A stretch of DNA of 64,000 bases from Acidimicrobiia bacterium (GCA_022827725.1 JAJEIJ010000005.1:462-64461), one strand, 5' to 3'. Positions 19,741-29,411 are shown, counted from the stretch's first letter. Numbers and translations: made by a program. Notes: generated by a model from the sequence alone, not told the origin.

Positions 19741-20451
19741 GTGATCGACAAGCGGGTCGCCGACCCCGCCCAAGCCGTCGCCAGCATTGACGAAGGGTCA
19801 ACCGTCATGATCGGTGGGTTCGGCGAGGCGGGCAGCCCCATCGAGCTGATCCACGCCCTCATCGACCAGGGCTCTAGCGGGCTCACCGTCGTTAATAACA
19901 ACACCGGCACCGGCGAAGTCGGACTGGCTGCGCTTATCAGAGCCGGGCGGGTGGCCAAGATGATCTGCTCCTACCCCCGCAGCGCCAACTCGCGGGCGTT
20001 CCCCGACCTGTACCGGGCCGGGCGCATCCAACTCGAGCTGGTACCCCAGGGCACCCTCGCCGAGAGGATCCGAGCCGGCGGGGCCGGCATCCCCGCCTTC
20101 TACACCCCAACCGCCGTCGGCACCGAGCTTGAAGCTGGCAAAGAGCAGCGCGACTTCGACGGGCGACCCTGCCTGCTCGAGCGCGCCCTCACCGCCGATT
20201 TCGCGCTCATCAAAGCCCGGCGGGCCGACTGGCACGGCAACCTCGTGTACAACAAGACCGCCCGCAACTTCTCCCCCCTTATGGCCACCGCGGCCGTGAC
20301 CACCATCGTGCAGGCCGCCGCCGTTGACGCGCCCGGGACCATAGACCCCGAGACAGTTATCACCCCCGGCATCTACGTCGACCGAGTCGTTTGCATCCCC
20401 GACCCAGCCCACGAATCGAGGCTCGTCGCCCAGGGCGCCGCCTATCCATGA
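19741..20451 (+). CDS. pcaI: 3-oxoacid (3-oxoadipate-type) CoA-transferase subunit A
   Basis: MIDK, IGGFGEAG, NNTGTGEVGLAALI, ICSYPR, PQGTLAERIRAGGAGIPAFYT. Confidence 0.85.
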   Translation: MIDKRVADPAQAVASIDEGSTVMIGGFGEAGSPIELIHALIDQGSSGLTVVNNNTGTGEVGLAALIRAGRVAKMICSYPRSANSRAFPDLYRAGRIQLELVPQGTLAERIRAGGAGIPAFYTPTAVGTELEAGKEQRDFDGRPCLLERALTADFALIKARRADWHGNLVYNKTARNFSPLMATAAVTTIVQAAAVDAPGTIDPETVITPGIYVDRVVCIPDPAHESRLVAQGAAYP

Positions 20452-21164
20452 GCGCACCGGTGCCCATCAAGGGCCGCAGCAGGGACGAGATGGCCGCTCG
20501 GGCAGCTAAGGACATTCCCGACGGTGCCTACGTCAACCTGGGCATCGGGATGCCTGAACTGGTTGCCCAGCACATCCCGTCGGACCGTGAAGTTATCCTC
20601 CACACCGAAAATGGGCTGCTCGGCATGGGCCCGCCCCCCATGGGTACGGCTGCGGACCCCGAGTTGATAAACGCCGGCAAGCAGCCGGTCACCGCCATAG
20701 CGGGCGCATCGTACTTTCACCATGGCGACAGCTTCGCCATGATCCGAGGCGGCCACCTCGACTTCTGCGTGCTCGGAGCGCTTGAGGTGGCGGCGAACGG
20801 AGACCTCGCCAACTGGTCCACCGGTGAGCGAAACGCCATTCCTGCCGTCGGAGGGGCAATGGACCTCGTCTCAGGCGTGAAAAACGTGTTCGTGATGACC
20901 GCTCACTGCACCCGCGACGGAACGCCCAAACTCGTTGAGTCCTGCTCATACCCGATCACTGGGCGGGGCGCGGTCAGCCGCATCTACACCGACCTCGCCG
21001 TAATCGACATTGGGCCAGGGGGGTTTGAGCTCGTCGAGCTGGCCCCCGGAATCCGCCTCGATGACGTCGCCGCCCGCACCGCCGCCCCTATCTGTGACAA
21101 CCGGCCACCTCGGGAAACCGGGCCGGCTCAGGCGGCCCGCCCGCTGGGGAATGCCCATGGGTGA
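20448..21164 (+). CDS. pcaJ: 3-oxoacid CoA-transferase subunit B
   Basis: YVNLGIGMP, catalytic HTENG, SFAMIRGGH, GDLANW, PAVGGAMDL. Confidence 0.85.
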   Translation: MSAPVPIKGRSRDEMAARAAKDIPDGAYVNLGIGMPELVAQHIPSDREVILHTENGLLGMGPPPMGTAADPELINAGKQPVTAIAGASYFHHGDSFAMIRGGHLDFCVLGALEVAANGDLANWSTGERNAIPAVGGAMDLVSGVKNVFVMTAHCTRDGTPKLVESCSYPITGRGAVSRIYTDLAVIDIGPGGFELVELAPGIRLDDVAARTAAPICDNRPPRETGPAQAARPLGNAHG

Positions 21165-22470
21165 GCCCGACGGCACTCCTATCTCTCGCTCCCTGTACGA
21201 GCGGGCCGTGCGGGTAATGCCTGGCGGAGCCAGCCGCAACAGCGCCATCCGCGAGCCCCACCCCCTCTACGCGGCCCGAGCCGACGGGTGCCGCATCACC
21301 GATGTCGACGGCGCAGAGCGGATCGACTTCGCCAACAACATGGCCTCTCTCATCCACGGCCACGCTCACCCCGCCATCGTTTCCGCCGTCGCGAACCAAC
21401 TCCGAAAAGGCACCGCGTCCACACTCTCAACCGAGGTGGAGGTGCGATTCGCCGAGCACCTCTGCTCCCGCAACCCCAATTTCGAGAAGGTCCGATTCGC
21501 CAACTCCGGCACCGAAGCGGTCATGGGCGCACTCAAAGCCGCTCGGGCCTTCACCGGGCGGACCAAGGTCGCCAAAGCCGAAGGGGCCTACCACGGCCTC
21601 TATGACTACGCCGAAGTCAGCCAGACCGCCCGACCTTCTAACTGGGGTGACCTCGACAGCCCGGCATCGGTTCCCGTCGCCCACGGCACCCCGCAGCCCG
21701 TCCTTGACGACGTCGTTGTCATCCCTTACAACGACCCGGAACGGGCCGTCGCCATCCTCGATCGCCACGCTGACGAGATTGCATGTGTCCTGTTGGACGT
21801 CATGCCCCACTGGGCCGGCCTGTGCCCCGCCACCCCCGCTTACGCCTCCGCTCTGCAACGATGGGTGGGCCACAACGGTGCCCTACTGGTGGCTGACGAG
21901 GTCATCACCTTCAGGAACTCCTACGGCGGAGCCCAGCAGCAATACGGCCTGGCTCCCGATATCACCGCCATGGGCAAGATCATCGGCGGTGGGTTCCCAG
22001 TCGGAGCCATCGCCGGGCGGGCCCACATCATGGAGATGATGAACCCCCTAGGCGACAGTTACCTGCTGCCCTACTCCGGTACATTCTCCGCCAATCCCGT
22101 CACCATGACCGCCGGGCTGACCGCCATGGAGCTCTACGACCAGGCTCAAATCGACCACGTCAACCGCCTCGCGGAACTCGCTGTCGGTGCCATCAACGAC
22201 ACCATCAAGACTTTGGGCGCTCCCGCCAGCGTCACCGGTGCCGGTTCCATGTTCCGAATCCACATGCGCGCCGACCCGCCCGCCAACCACCGCGAGACCC
22301 ACTCCGACCCCGTGACAGCCGAACGGCTCAAACAGTTCTATAACAGAATGCTCGACTGCGGGATCCTGCTCATATACAGCGGCGCCGGAGCCATCTCCAC
22401 CCCGATGGGCGAAGCAGAGATCGACCAGCTCGTCGCCGCCGTCGATACATCCCTAGCCGCCCTCCGATGA
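21157..22470 (+). CDS. Class III PLP aminotransferase (HemL-like, beta-amino-acid aminotransferase type)
   Basis: MPGGASR, IHGH, NSGTEA, GAYHG, DEVIT, MGKIIGGGFPVG, SGTFSANP. Confidence 0.85.
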   Translation: MGEPDGTPISRSLYERAVRVMPGGASRNSAIREPHPLYAARADGCRITDVDGAERIDFANNMASLIHGHAHPAIVSAVANQLRKGTASTLSTEVEVRFAEHLCSRNPNFEKVRFANSGTEAVMGALKAARAFTGRTKVAKAEGAYHGLYDYAEVSQTARPSNWGDLDSPASVPVAHGTPQPVLDDVVVIPYNDPERAVAILDRHADEIACVLLDVMPHWAGLCPATPAYASALQRWVGHNGALLVADEVITFRNSYGGAQQQYGLAPDITAMGKIIGGGFPVGAIAGRAHIMEMMNPLGDSYLLPYSGTFSANPVTMTAGLTAMELYDQAQIDHVNRLAELAVGAINDTIKTLGAPASVTGAGSMFRIHMRADPPANHRETHSDPVTAERLKQFYNRMLDCGILLIYSGAGAISTPMGEAEIDQLVAAVDTSLAALR

Positions 22471-22521
22471 GCCGCCCTGAAACCTGCCGCTTGGCGGCGG
22501 CGCAGCGAGGAACCTGCGCCA

Positions 22522-23706
22522 ATGCGTGACGTGTACATCGCCGATGCGGTCCGCACCCCGATCGGCAAGATCGGCGGTGCCCTCGCCGGCACACGCCCCG
22601 ACGACCTCGCAGCCTCCGCCATCGCTGGGCTGCTCGCCCGCAGTCCCAGCCTCGACCCCGCCCACATCGGCGACGTGTGCTTTGGCAACGGCAACGGCGC
22701 CGGCGAGGAGAACCGCAACGTCGCCCGTATGGCGCTGCTGCTAGCCGGCGTACCCCCCGCCGTACCTGGCGTTACTGTAAACCGGCTCTGCGGGTCAGGG
22801 CTCGAAGCTGCCGTCATGGCCAGCCGGGAGATCGCCGTCGGCGACGCCGACATCTGCATCGCCGGAGGCGTCGAATCCATGAGCCGCGCCCCATGGGTCG
22901 TCCCCAAACCGGAGCGGCCCTACGAACGCGGCCACCAGCAGATGCACTCCACCACCCTCGGCTGGCGGCTCGTCAATCCCCGCCACCCCCCAGAATGGAC
23001 GATCCCCCTCGGTGAGGGCGCCGAGATCCTTGCCGACCAATGCGCCATCACCCGCCAAGAGCAGGATCAATTCGCCTGCCAAAGCCACCAAAGGGCACAC
23101 GAGGCCTGGTCTACCGGGAAATTCGAAGCAGAAATCGTCCCAGTCGACGGAGTTGACCTCGCCGTCGACGAATCCGTCCGCCCCGACACCAAAATCGAAG
23201 CGCTCGCCGGGCTGAGCCCCGCCTTCTGCCATGAGGGGACGGTCACTGCCGGCAATTCGTCGCCGATGAACGACGGCGCAGCCGCCGTTCTCTTGGCCTC
23301 CGACGCCGGGATGCAGCGCATGGGCCGGGAGCCGCTCGCCCGTATTGCGGCCCGGGCCGTATCCGGTGTCGAGCCCCACCTGTACGGAATCGGACCCGTA
23401 GTAGCCGCCGAGACCGCCCTCCATTGGGCCGGTATCGGCTGGGGCGACCTGTCCGCGGTCGAGCTCAATGAGGCATTCGCAGCCCAAGCTCTCGCCTGTA
23501 TGCGCCTATGGCCTGACCTCGACCCGACCATCGTCAACCCCAATGGCGGGGCGATCGCCATCGGACACCCCATTGGCGCATCCGGCGCTCGGATCCTCGC
23601 CACCCTTGCCCACCAGTTGCACCGCAGCCGGGGCCGCTACGGCATGGCCGCCCTGTGCATCGGCGTCGGCCAAGGCATCGCCGTCGTCATAGAGCGGCTC
23701 TCGTGA
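22522..23706 (+). CDS. pcaF: 3-oxoadipyl-CoA thiolase (PcaF/PaaJ-like)
   Basis: RPDDLAA, GAGEENRNVARM, NRLCGSG, GVESMSRAP, NEAFA, GHPIG, LCIGVGQG. Confidence 0.8.
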   Translation: MRDVYIADAVRTPIGKIGGALAGTRPDDLAASAIAGLLARSPSLDPAHIGDVCFGNGNGAGEENRNVARMALLLAGVPPAVPGVTVNRLCGSGLEAAVMASREIAVGDADICIAGGVESMSRAPWVVPKPERPYERGHQQMHSTTLGWRLVNPRHPPEWTIPLGEGAEILADQCAITRQEQDQFACQSHQRAHEAWSTGKFEAEIVPVDGVDLAVDESVRPDTKIEALAGLSPAFCHEGTVTAGNSSPMNDGAAAVLLASDAGMQRMGREPLARIAARAVSGVEPHLYGIGPVVAAETALHWAGIGWGDLSAVELNEAFAAQALACMRLWPDLDPTIVNPNGGAIAIGHPIGASGARILATLAHQLHRSRGRYGMAALCIGVGQGIAVVIERLS

Positions 23707-23712
23707 GCGACC

Positions 23713-24129
23713 TCACTTCGATGGGTCGACTATCTGTACCTCACGAGTTTGTTTGCACCAGTCCTGAATAGCCCGATCCGCGGTGACTAGTTCATGGCGA
23801 CCCAGAATGGCTGTTGCAACGATGGTCTGATCGTCAGGGTCGCTGTGAAAGCCCGAGTCCATCAGCGACACACCGCGAATCGCTATTTTTCCAGTGACCG
23901 GGAGCTCGTGTAGCCCTGTTGCCAGCTGCCTCTCATGCCAGAGGTCCGGGGCGGTGCCTAGGTTGATGACGCCCTTGCGATGCAGTCTCGCCACCTCGGT
24001 GAATGTGACCACCGACACGGCGAGGTTTCCCTCGGCGAGGGAGTTGTCGAGCAACCGTCTCGTGCGAGGTCCGATTTGGTGTCCGTCTTTCAGTCCCCAG
24101 AGCAGGACATGGGTATCGAGGAGTATCAC
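23713..24129 (-). CDS. vapC: VapC (PIN) toxin
   Basis: ILLDTHVLLW, HSDPDDQTIVATA, LVTAD. Confidence 0.88.
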   Translation of the reverse strand: MILLDTHVLLWGLKDGHQIGPRTRRLLDNSLAEGNLAVSVVTFTEVARLHRKGVINLGTAPDLWHERQLATGLHELPVTGKIAIRGVSLMDSGFHSDPDDQTIVATAILGRHELVTADRAIQDWCKQTREVQIVDPSK

Positions 24130-24419
24130 CGAATCGCAGGCAATGTTGGATCGACTACACGTTCAGGATTGCTGATCGATTCCCAGTCTTCTGATGAGGC
24201 TGAAGGGCCCATGATGTCGCCAAGGATTTCAAGTTCGGGGCACGAGCCGATGAATCGAGCCTCTTCACGGGGCGCTGGCACGATTTTTACCACCGGCTGG
24301 CCGTGCTTGGTGACGATGACAGCCTCGCCAGTGCGATCCACTTCGTCCATGATTCGCAGGCAGTTGTCCCGGAACCGTCCCGCAGGAATAGTAGGCGGTT
24401 TAGAGGATTCTGCTGGCAT
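24126..24419 (-). CDS. Phd/YefM family antitoxin
   Basis: IPAGRFRDNCLRIMDEV...VIVTKHGQPVVKIVP. Overlaps the vapC start. Confidence 0.85.
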   Translation of the reverse strand: MPAESSKPPTIPAGRFRDNCLRIMDEVDRTGEAVIVTKHGQPVVKIVPAPREEARFIGSCPELEILGDIMGPSASSEDWESISNPERVVDPTLPAIR

Positions 24420-24480
24420 GCTGCCACCATTTCTTGAAGAATTGCCATAGAAGTATAGCCACAATTTGCTCAGTCTAAGT

Positions 24481-25536
24481 CTAGTTTTCGATGCGGTCGA
24501 TGAGGCCCCAGGCCAGGGCGGTGGTGGTGTCGATCTCGGTGTTGGTGAGGGCGAAGTAGCAGAGGCGCTGGCGGCCGATGCGGCGGGCGATACTGACGGT
24601 GCCGCCCGCGCCGGGCACCAGGCCCATGGCCACCTCGGGCAGCCGGAAGCTGGTGTCGGGGTGGGCGGACACGTCGTGGGCATAGGCGGGCAGTTCCACG
24701 CCCGCCCCCACGCAGGTGCCGTGGACCTTCACCCGGGTCTTGGCCGCCAAGCGGTCGATCCAAAAGGCGGCGCTGCGCACCGAGCGGACGCGGTGGGCGG
24801 TGCCCGGGTCGGGGGTGGTGCCGAACTCGGCCAGGTCGCCGCCGGAGCAGAAGGTGGGCCCGGCGCCGTCGAGCACAATGCCATCCAGGCTGGGGTCGGC
24901 CCACGCGGCCCGGAGCTGCTCCACCAGTCCATCGCGCATTTCGGCGCTGAAGGCGTTGTGGCGTTCTGGCCGGTTGAGGGTGAGCCGCAGGGTGGAATCG
25001 GTGCGCTCGGCTTGCACTGCGGGCTCGGGGTTGTTGGGCACAAGCCGGGAGGGCTGGCTGGCCAGCCAGCCTTGAAACTGAGGGCCGGACTGAAGGGTGG
25101 AGTAGGCCAGCGACTCGGCCACCAGCCCGTCGGCGGTGGTTTGGCCTTCGCTCAGGCGCAGCAGTTGCACCAGAGCCACCGTCGCGGCCGGCGAGGCGAT
25201 GGCAGCGGCGGTGATCTGATCAATCTCGTCGGCAGGCACGGCTACTGGGATGGGGAGATCGCCGGGGGCCAGCACGATGTCGAAGGCGGCGCAGTGCTCG
25301 GCCAGCTTCGGAGCATCGGCGGGGTCGAGATCGGCGGGCACCGAGGCTGCCATCACTGCCGGGGTACTCCTGATCAGGCTGGCCGCCTCTTCGCTAGGCC
25401 ATTGCGAGATGTCGGCAGCGGTGAGCTCAACGAGCATTACCGGGCAGTCAGCCAGACCCAAGTCCTCCCCGGCATAGGGGTGGGACAGGAGTTCGAGGGC
25501 CTCAGCCAGGCCCGTGGTCTGGATTGGCGCAGCCAT
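24481..25536 (-). CDS. Enoyl-CoA hydratase/isomerase family protein with N-terminal extension
   Basis: LNRPERHNA, FCSGGDL, GAGVEL, LPEVAMGLVPGAGGT. Confidence 0.85.
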   Translation of the reverse strand: MAAPIQTTGLAEALELLSHPYAGEDLGLADCPVMLVELTAADISQWPSEEAASLIRSTPAVMAASVPADLDPADAPKLAEHCAAFDIVLAPGDLPIPVAVPADEIDQITAAAIASPAATVALVQLLRLSEGQTTADGLVAESLAYSTLQSGPQFQGWLASQPSRLVPNNPEPAVQAERTDSTLRLTLNRPERHNAFSAEMRDGLVEQLRAAWADPSLDGIVLDGAGPTFCSGGDLAEFGTTPDPGTAHRVRSVRSAAFWIDRLAAKTRVKVHGTCVGAGVELPAYAHDVSAHPDTSFRLPEVAMGLVPGAGGTVSIARRIGRQRLCYFALTNTEIDTTTALAWGLIDRIEN

Positions 25537-25569
25537 TACTGAGTGACCGCAGACTAGCGCGGGAGGGAA

Positions 25570-27069
25570 TCAGCGGCTTTCGGCCAGTTCTTCGCGCAAG
25601 ATCCGGCGCAGGAGCTTGCCGGTCTCGTTGTAGGGAAGTTCATCACGCAGCTCGATGCGATCAGGGGTGCGCGACGACCGCATCTGGGACTTCACGAACT
25701 CTTGCAATTCGGCAATATCAACCGCTTGACCCTTGGCCGCCACCACCACCGCAGCCACCGCCTCCCCCCACTGCTCGTCGGGCACGCCGACGGCGGCGGC
25801 GTCGGCCACCGACGGGTGGCTCAGCAGCACGTCCTCGATCTCGCCGGGGGAGATGTTCTCGCCGCCCCGCACGATGATGTCGTCGATGCGGCCTTCCACG
25901 TACAGGTAGCCGTCGGCGTCGAGAGAACCCCCGTCGTTGGTGGGGAACCAGCCGTCGGGGGTCACCCGGGAGTTCCGCCCCAGGTACTCGCCGGAAACCT
26001 GCTCGCCCCGCACCCAGATCTCACCGGAAGTGCCGGTGGCCACCGGGTTGCCCTCCTCGTCGCGGATGTCCACCTCGATGGCGGGCAACGGTTGGCCTGC
26101 CGAGCCCAGCCGGGCTCGCACGGCGGGATCGTCGGAGCGATGGGCCTCGCGGTGTTCCTCGGGGCCGAGCACCGCCACGGTGGAGCTGGTCTCGGTCAGG
26201 CCGTAGGCGTTCACGAAGTTGGTTTCGGGCAGCACGTCGAGGGCCCGGGCGATGACCGGGGCGGGCATCTTGCCGCCCCCGTAAGACAGGGCCCGCAGCG
26301 TGGGGAGCCCGCCTCCGACGTCCTCCAAGTGGTCCACGATGCGGGCCAGCATGGTGGGCACCACCATGGCGTGGGTGACCGCTTCGGCCCGGACCAGGTT
26401 CACCCAGTCGGCGGGGTCGAAGTTGGGCAGTTGCACGATGCGGCGCCCGGCGTACACCGAGCTCAAAATCGCGGCCATGCCAGCCACGTGGTAGGGCGGC
26501 ACCGACACCAGGGTGGCCTCGTCCTCGGCCGCCCCCATGAACTCCACCGAGCCGATGATGTATGACACCAGGTGCCGGTGGCGCAGCACCGCGGCCTTGG
26601 GAGCGCCGGTGGTGCCGCTGGTGTATAGGAGGATGGCGATTTCGTCGGGGTCCACGTTCCAATCGCTGTCGGGCGCGCCTCCCTCGGCCCACTGAGCCAA
26701 GAAGTCGGGCCGCACAACGGCCTGCACCCCGTCGAGGTCGCCGATGGCGGCCACCGCGTCGTCGTTGCACACCGTGACCGATGGAGCGACCTCGGCGGCC
26801 AGATGGCGCAGCTCGGGAACGGTCAGCCGATAGTTGAGGGGGACGAACGGCACCCCGGCCCAGGCCGAGCCGAACAGGGCGATGGGCAGAGCCTCGCTGC
26901 TCACGTCCACCATGCTGACCCGGTCGATTCCCGCTTCGCGGAAGCGCACGGCAGTGGCCCCGGCGCGCTGGAAGAGCTGCTCGTAGGTGATACCCCGCCC
27001 TTGGGATCCGACCGCGGTGCGGTCGCCGAACCCGCTGGACGCCATCTCCAGCAGCATCATCAGATTCAT
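25570..27069 (-). CDS. Acyl-CoA synthetase (AMP-binding)
   Basis: YTSGTTGAPK, YGLTET, RGGENISP, TGK. Confidence 0.9.
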   Translation of the reverse strand: MNLMMLLEMASSGFGDRTAVGSQGRGITYEQLFQRAGATAVRFREAGIDRVSMVDVSSEALPIALFGSAWAGVPFVPLNYRLTVPELRHLAAEVAPSVTVCNDDAVAAIGDLDGVQAVVRPDFLAQWAEGGAPDSDWNVDPDEIAILLYTSGTTGAPKAAVLRHRHLVSYIIGSVEFMGAAEDEATLVSVPPYHVAGMAAILSSVYAGRRIVQLPNFDPADWVNLVRAEAVTHAMVVPTMLARIVDHLEDVGGGLPTLRALSYGGGKMPAPVIARALDVLPETNFVNAYGLTETSSTVAVLGPEEHREAHRSDDPAVRARLGSAGQPLPAIEVDIRDEEGNPVATGTSGEIWVRGEQVSGEYLGRNSRVTPDGWFPTNDGGSLDADGYLYVEGRIDDIIVRGGENISPGEIEDVLLSHPSVADAAAVGVPDEQWGEAVAAVVVAAKGQAVDIAELQEFVKSQMRSSRTPDRIELRDELPYNETGKLLRRILREELAESR

Positions 27070-27114
27070 GGGTCCATTCCGACTGACGATCCTGCTAGCG
27101 GCGCTATGGCCCGA

Positions 27115-27420
27115 CTAGTCGGAGGCGGGGAGGGGCTTGGCCTCTTTCAGGCTGAGGGCGGTGCCTCCCAGCGCCAAAGAGCCGTCTCCCGGTTTGGTAC
27201 ACAAAACCTCGAGTGACTCGTCTTCGTTCACATAGCGCTTGCCCAGAGCGGTGCCATCGGCAGCGCTGGCGGCAACCTCGCCATTGCGCTCCGCGTCGGC
27301 CGGATCGGCCATCGGCGAGCCGCCACAAGTGATGTCCACGTCGCCGCTCGGTGCTTTGACCACGATGAGCTCGGTATCGCATACCGAGCTCTTGAGGCGG
27401 CTACCCGGTTTCAGGTCCAT
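27115..27420 (-). CDS. Small conserved hypothetical protein (Cys-containing)
   Basis: MDLKPGSRLKSSVCDTE...CGG...LGKRY...LCTKPG. RBS GGAGG. First gene of the ligase/hydratase operon. Confidence 0.75.
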   Translation of the reverse strand: MDLKPGSRLKSSVCDTELIVVKAPSGDVDITCGGSPMADPADAERNGEVAASAADGTALGKRYVNEDESLEVLCTKPGDGSLALGGTALSLKEAKPLPASD

Positions 27421-27488
27421 CCCTACCTCCCGAAAGATGTCCTCCAATCTTTTCCCGTCAGACTCAACAGGTACAAACTGCGTTAGTG

Positions 27489-28670
27489 ATGGAGTCAACC
27501 TTGAGCGGCCGCCATCCGGCGCTGGTTTGGGCCGAGTCGGGCCTGATGGGCCTGAGCGGACCCGAGCACGGGCCTCCGGCGGTGGCCTCTGGGCGCTGGG
27601 TGGAGCGGCTCGACGGGGTGGTGAGCGACATCTCGGGGCTGTGCGGCCAGCCGCTGAGGACGGAGGCTGCCGGCTTTCTGGGAGAGCGGGCGGCACTGGT
27701 GGGGCGAGCTCGGCGGGGCTCTGTGTCAGTGGGGGGCGCATGCCGCATGGTGGCGGCAGCCGACGGCGTGTTGGCAGTATCACTGGCCCGCACCAGCGAC
27801 ACCGAAGCGGTTCCCGCCTGGTTGGAGTTGGATGGTTCCGACGACGACATATGGGCCGCAGTGGCCGCGGGGGTGCGAAAACGGCCGGTGGCCGAATTAG
27901 TGGAGCGGGCCGAATGGCTGGGTTTGGCAGTGGGGGAGGTGGTCAGGCCGCCACCGCCGGAGGAGCCGTGCCGGTTTGCCGACGCCGGGCTGGTCGGGCC
28001 CGACCGAAAACAGGTGCTGGACGTGAGCTCGCTTTGGGCTGGGCCGCTGTGCGCCTCGCTGCTGGGCGGCTTCGGATTCGAGGTGCTGAAGGTAGAGGCA
28101 CCAGGCCGCCCCGACGGCGCCCGATATGGCTCGCCAGCGTTCTACGAGCGGTTGAACCAGGGCAAGAAGGAAACGGTCATCGACCTGGGGTCCGAGGACG
28201 GTCGCCGCCGGTTCCAGGATCTGTGCCGGGAATCGGCCGTGGTGGTCGACGGCTTGCGGCCCCGGGTGTGGGCCAACTGGGGTATCCACCCCCAGGAGGT
28301 GGCCGAGAGCGCCGGGCTCGTGTGGGTGTCGATCTCCGGCCACGGCGACAACCGAGCCGGATTCGGCGACGACGCCGCGGTGAGCGGGGGCCTTTGGCTA
28401 CAAGACCCGGCTGGCGGACTGCCCTGGTTCGTCGGCGACGCGGCCGCTGACCCAATCGCCGGTTTGGTGGCGTGCCGAGCCGCAGCCCAGGCCCTGGCCG
28501 CAGGTCGGGCGGGACTAGCAGAAGTGGCCATGAGCCAAGCGGCGAGTTGGGTCAGAGCGGGCGACGACCTGAGCGTGGGCGATGCCGAGGTCTTCCGCCG
28601 CGGCGACCAATGGGTGGTGCGGGCCGACGGCGACGAACAAGAAGTGCTGGCCCCCCGCGGCGGGGTCTGA
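27489..28670 (+). CDS. CaiB/BaiF family III CoA-transferase
   Basis: VLDVSSLWAGPLC, KVE...RPDGAR, LNQGK, GFGDDAA, VGDAAADP. Confidence 0.8.
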   Translation: MESTLSGRHPALVWAESGLMGLSGPEHGPPAVASGRWVERLDGVVSDISGLCGQPLRTEAAGFLGERAALVGRARRGSVSVGGACRMVAAADGVLAVSLARTSDTEAVPAWLELDGSDDDIWAAVAAGVRKRPVAELVERAEWLGLAVGEVVRPPPPEEPCRFADAGLVGPDRKQVLDVSSLWAGPLCASLLGGFGFEVLKVEAPGRPDGARYGSPAFYERLNQGKKETVIDLGSEDGRRRFQDLCRESAVVVDGLRPRVWANWGIHPQEVAESAGLVWVSISGHGDNRAGFGDDAAVSGGLWLQDPAGGLPWFVGDAAADPIAGLVACRAAAQALAAGRAGLAEVAMSQAASWVRAGDDLSVGDAEVFRRGDQWVVRADGDEQEVLAPRGGV

Positions 28671-28689
28671 CCGTGGGCTGCCCGCCAGG

Positions 28690-29076
28690 CTATGCAGCTT
28701 TGATGTCAGTCAGCGCGAAATCGTTGCCCTTGAACAGAAGTGGTTCCCGAGTCTCCTTGGCCAGGGCGTAGGAAAAACAGTCGCCGAAGTTCAGCGCCGC
28801 GGGGTGGTTGCCCTTCCCGAACAGCCGCCAGGCGCGGCGAGCGGCTTGGGCATGCTCAGGCGTGACCGCTACGAGCAGTATTGGAACCTCTTCGATGAAG
28901 AGGTCGAGTTCATGGCCACCGGCGATACCGGTACGAGCTTCCAGCACCATGGAGGTCTCAAAGAAATTCGCAACCGACATGAGGCAGCGCTCGGCACCCG
29001 CAATCGCTCTCCTATAGTCCTCGGCGTCGGGCTCCTCGAAGAGGATGGCCAGGAGGGCCGACGTGTCCAGAATCAC
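28690..29076 (-). CDS. vapC: VapC (PIN) toxin
   Basis: ILDTSALLAIL, FGKGNHPAALNFGDCFSYALA, LLFKGNDF. Confidence 0.92.
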   Translation of the reverse strand: MILDTSALLAILFEEPDAEDYRRAIAGAERCLMSVANFFETSMVLEARTGIAGGHELDLFIEEVPILLVAVTPEHAQAARRAWRLFGKGNHPAALNFGDCFSYALAKETREPLLFKGNDFALTDIKAA

Positions 29077-29330
29077 TTCGGCAGTCCATGCTCGTCATAC
29101 AAGAAGTCGCCGTGTTCCACTGCTGATGGTCCCGGACGAAGAAGCTTGGAACAGCGCTCCGCAATGGCCTCCATCGCTTGCATGCGTTCTTCAACACTGC
29201 GGCTGCGCTGTTCGCGTTCGAGGCGTTCTCGCAGGGCCACTGTGATGGCGCCGGTCATGGTTTCGCCGGTGAGATTGGCCAACTCGCTGGCCAGTCGGCA
29301 CGTCTCTTCATTCTTGATATTGAGACTCAT
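29073..29330 (-). CDS. vapB: VapB antitoxin (Rv0623-like)
   Basis: MSLNIKNEET...TGETMTGAI...LYDEHGLP. Confidence 0.9.
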   Translation of the reverse strand: MSLNIKNEETCRLASELANLTGETMTGAITVALRERLEREQRSRSVEERMQAMEAIAERCSKLLRPGPSAVEHGDFLYDEHGLPK

Positions 29331-29342
29331 TGAAATTCTCTC

Positions 29343-29372
29343 ATGGTAGAACTGAATTTATTTTTCTACCAT
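29343..29372. promoter_or_regulatory. vapBC operator
   Basis: Perfect inverted repeat ATGGTAGAA-N12-TTCTACCAT immediately upstream of vapB. Confidence 0.7.
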
Positions 29373-29411
29373 ACACCGCCAATGCGCCCCTCCAAACGGT
29401 AGGTTGAGATT

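Noticed and set aside
21157-22470. hemL (glutamate-1-semialdehyde aminomutase)
   Set aside because: It has PGGASRN instead of PGGVNSPVR, no hem genes are nearby, and it sits in a catabolic operon.
27367-27391. Perfect 11-bp inverted repeat GAGCTCGGTAT-CGC-ATACCGAGCTC
   Set aside because: It lies inside coding sequence (KSSVCDTEL) as a single instance with no other support. A regulatory role cannot be excluded but is unsupported.
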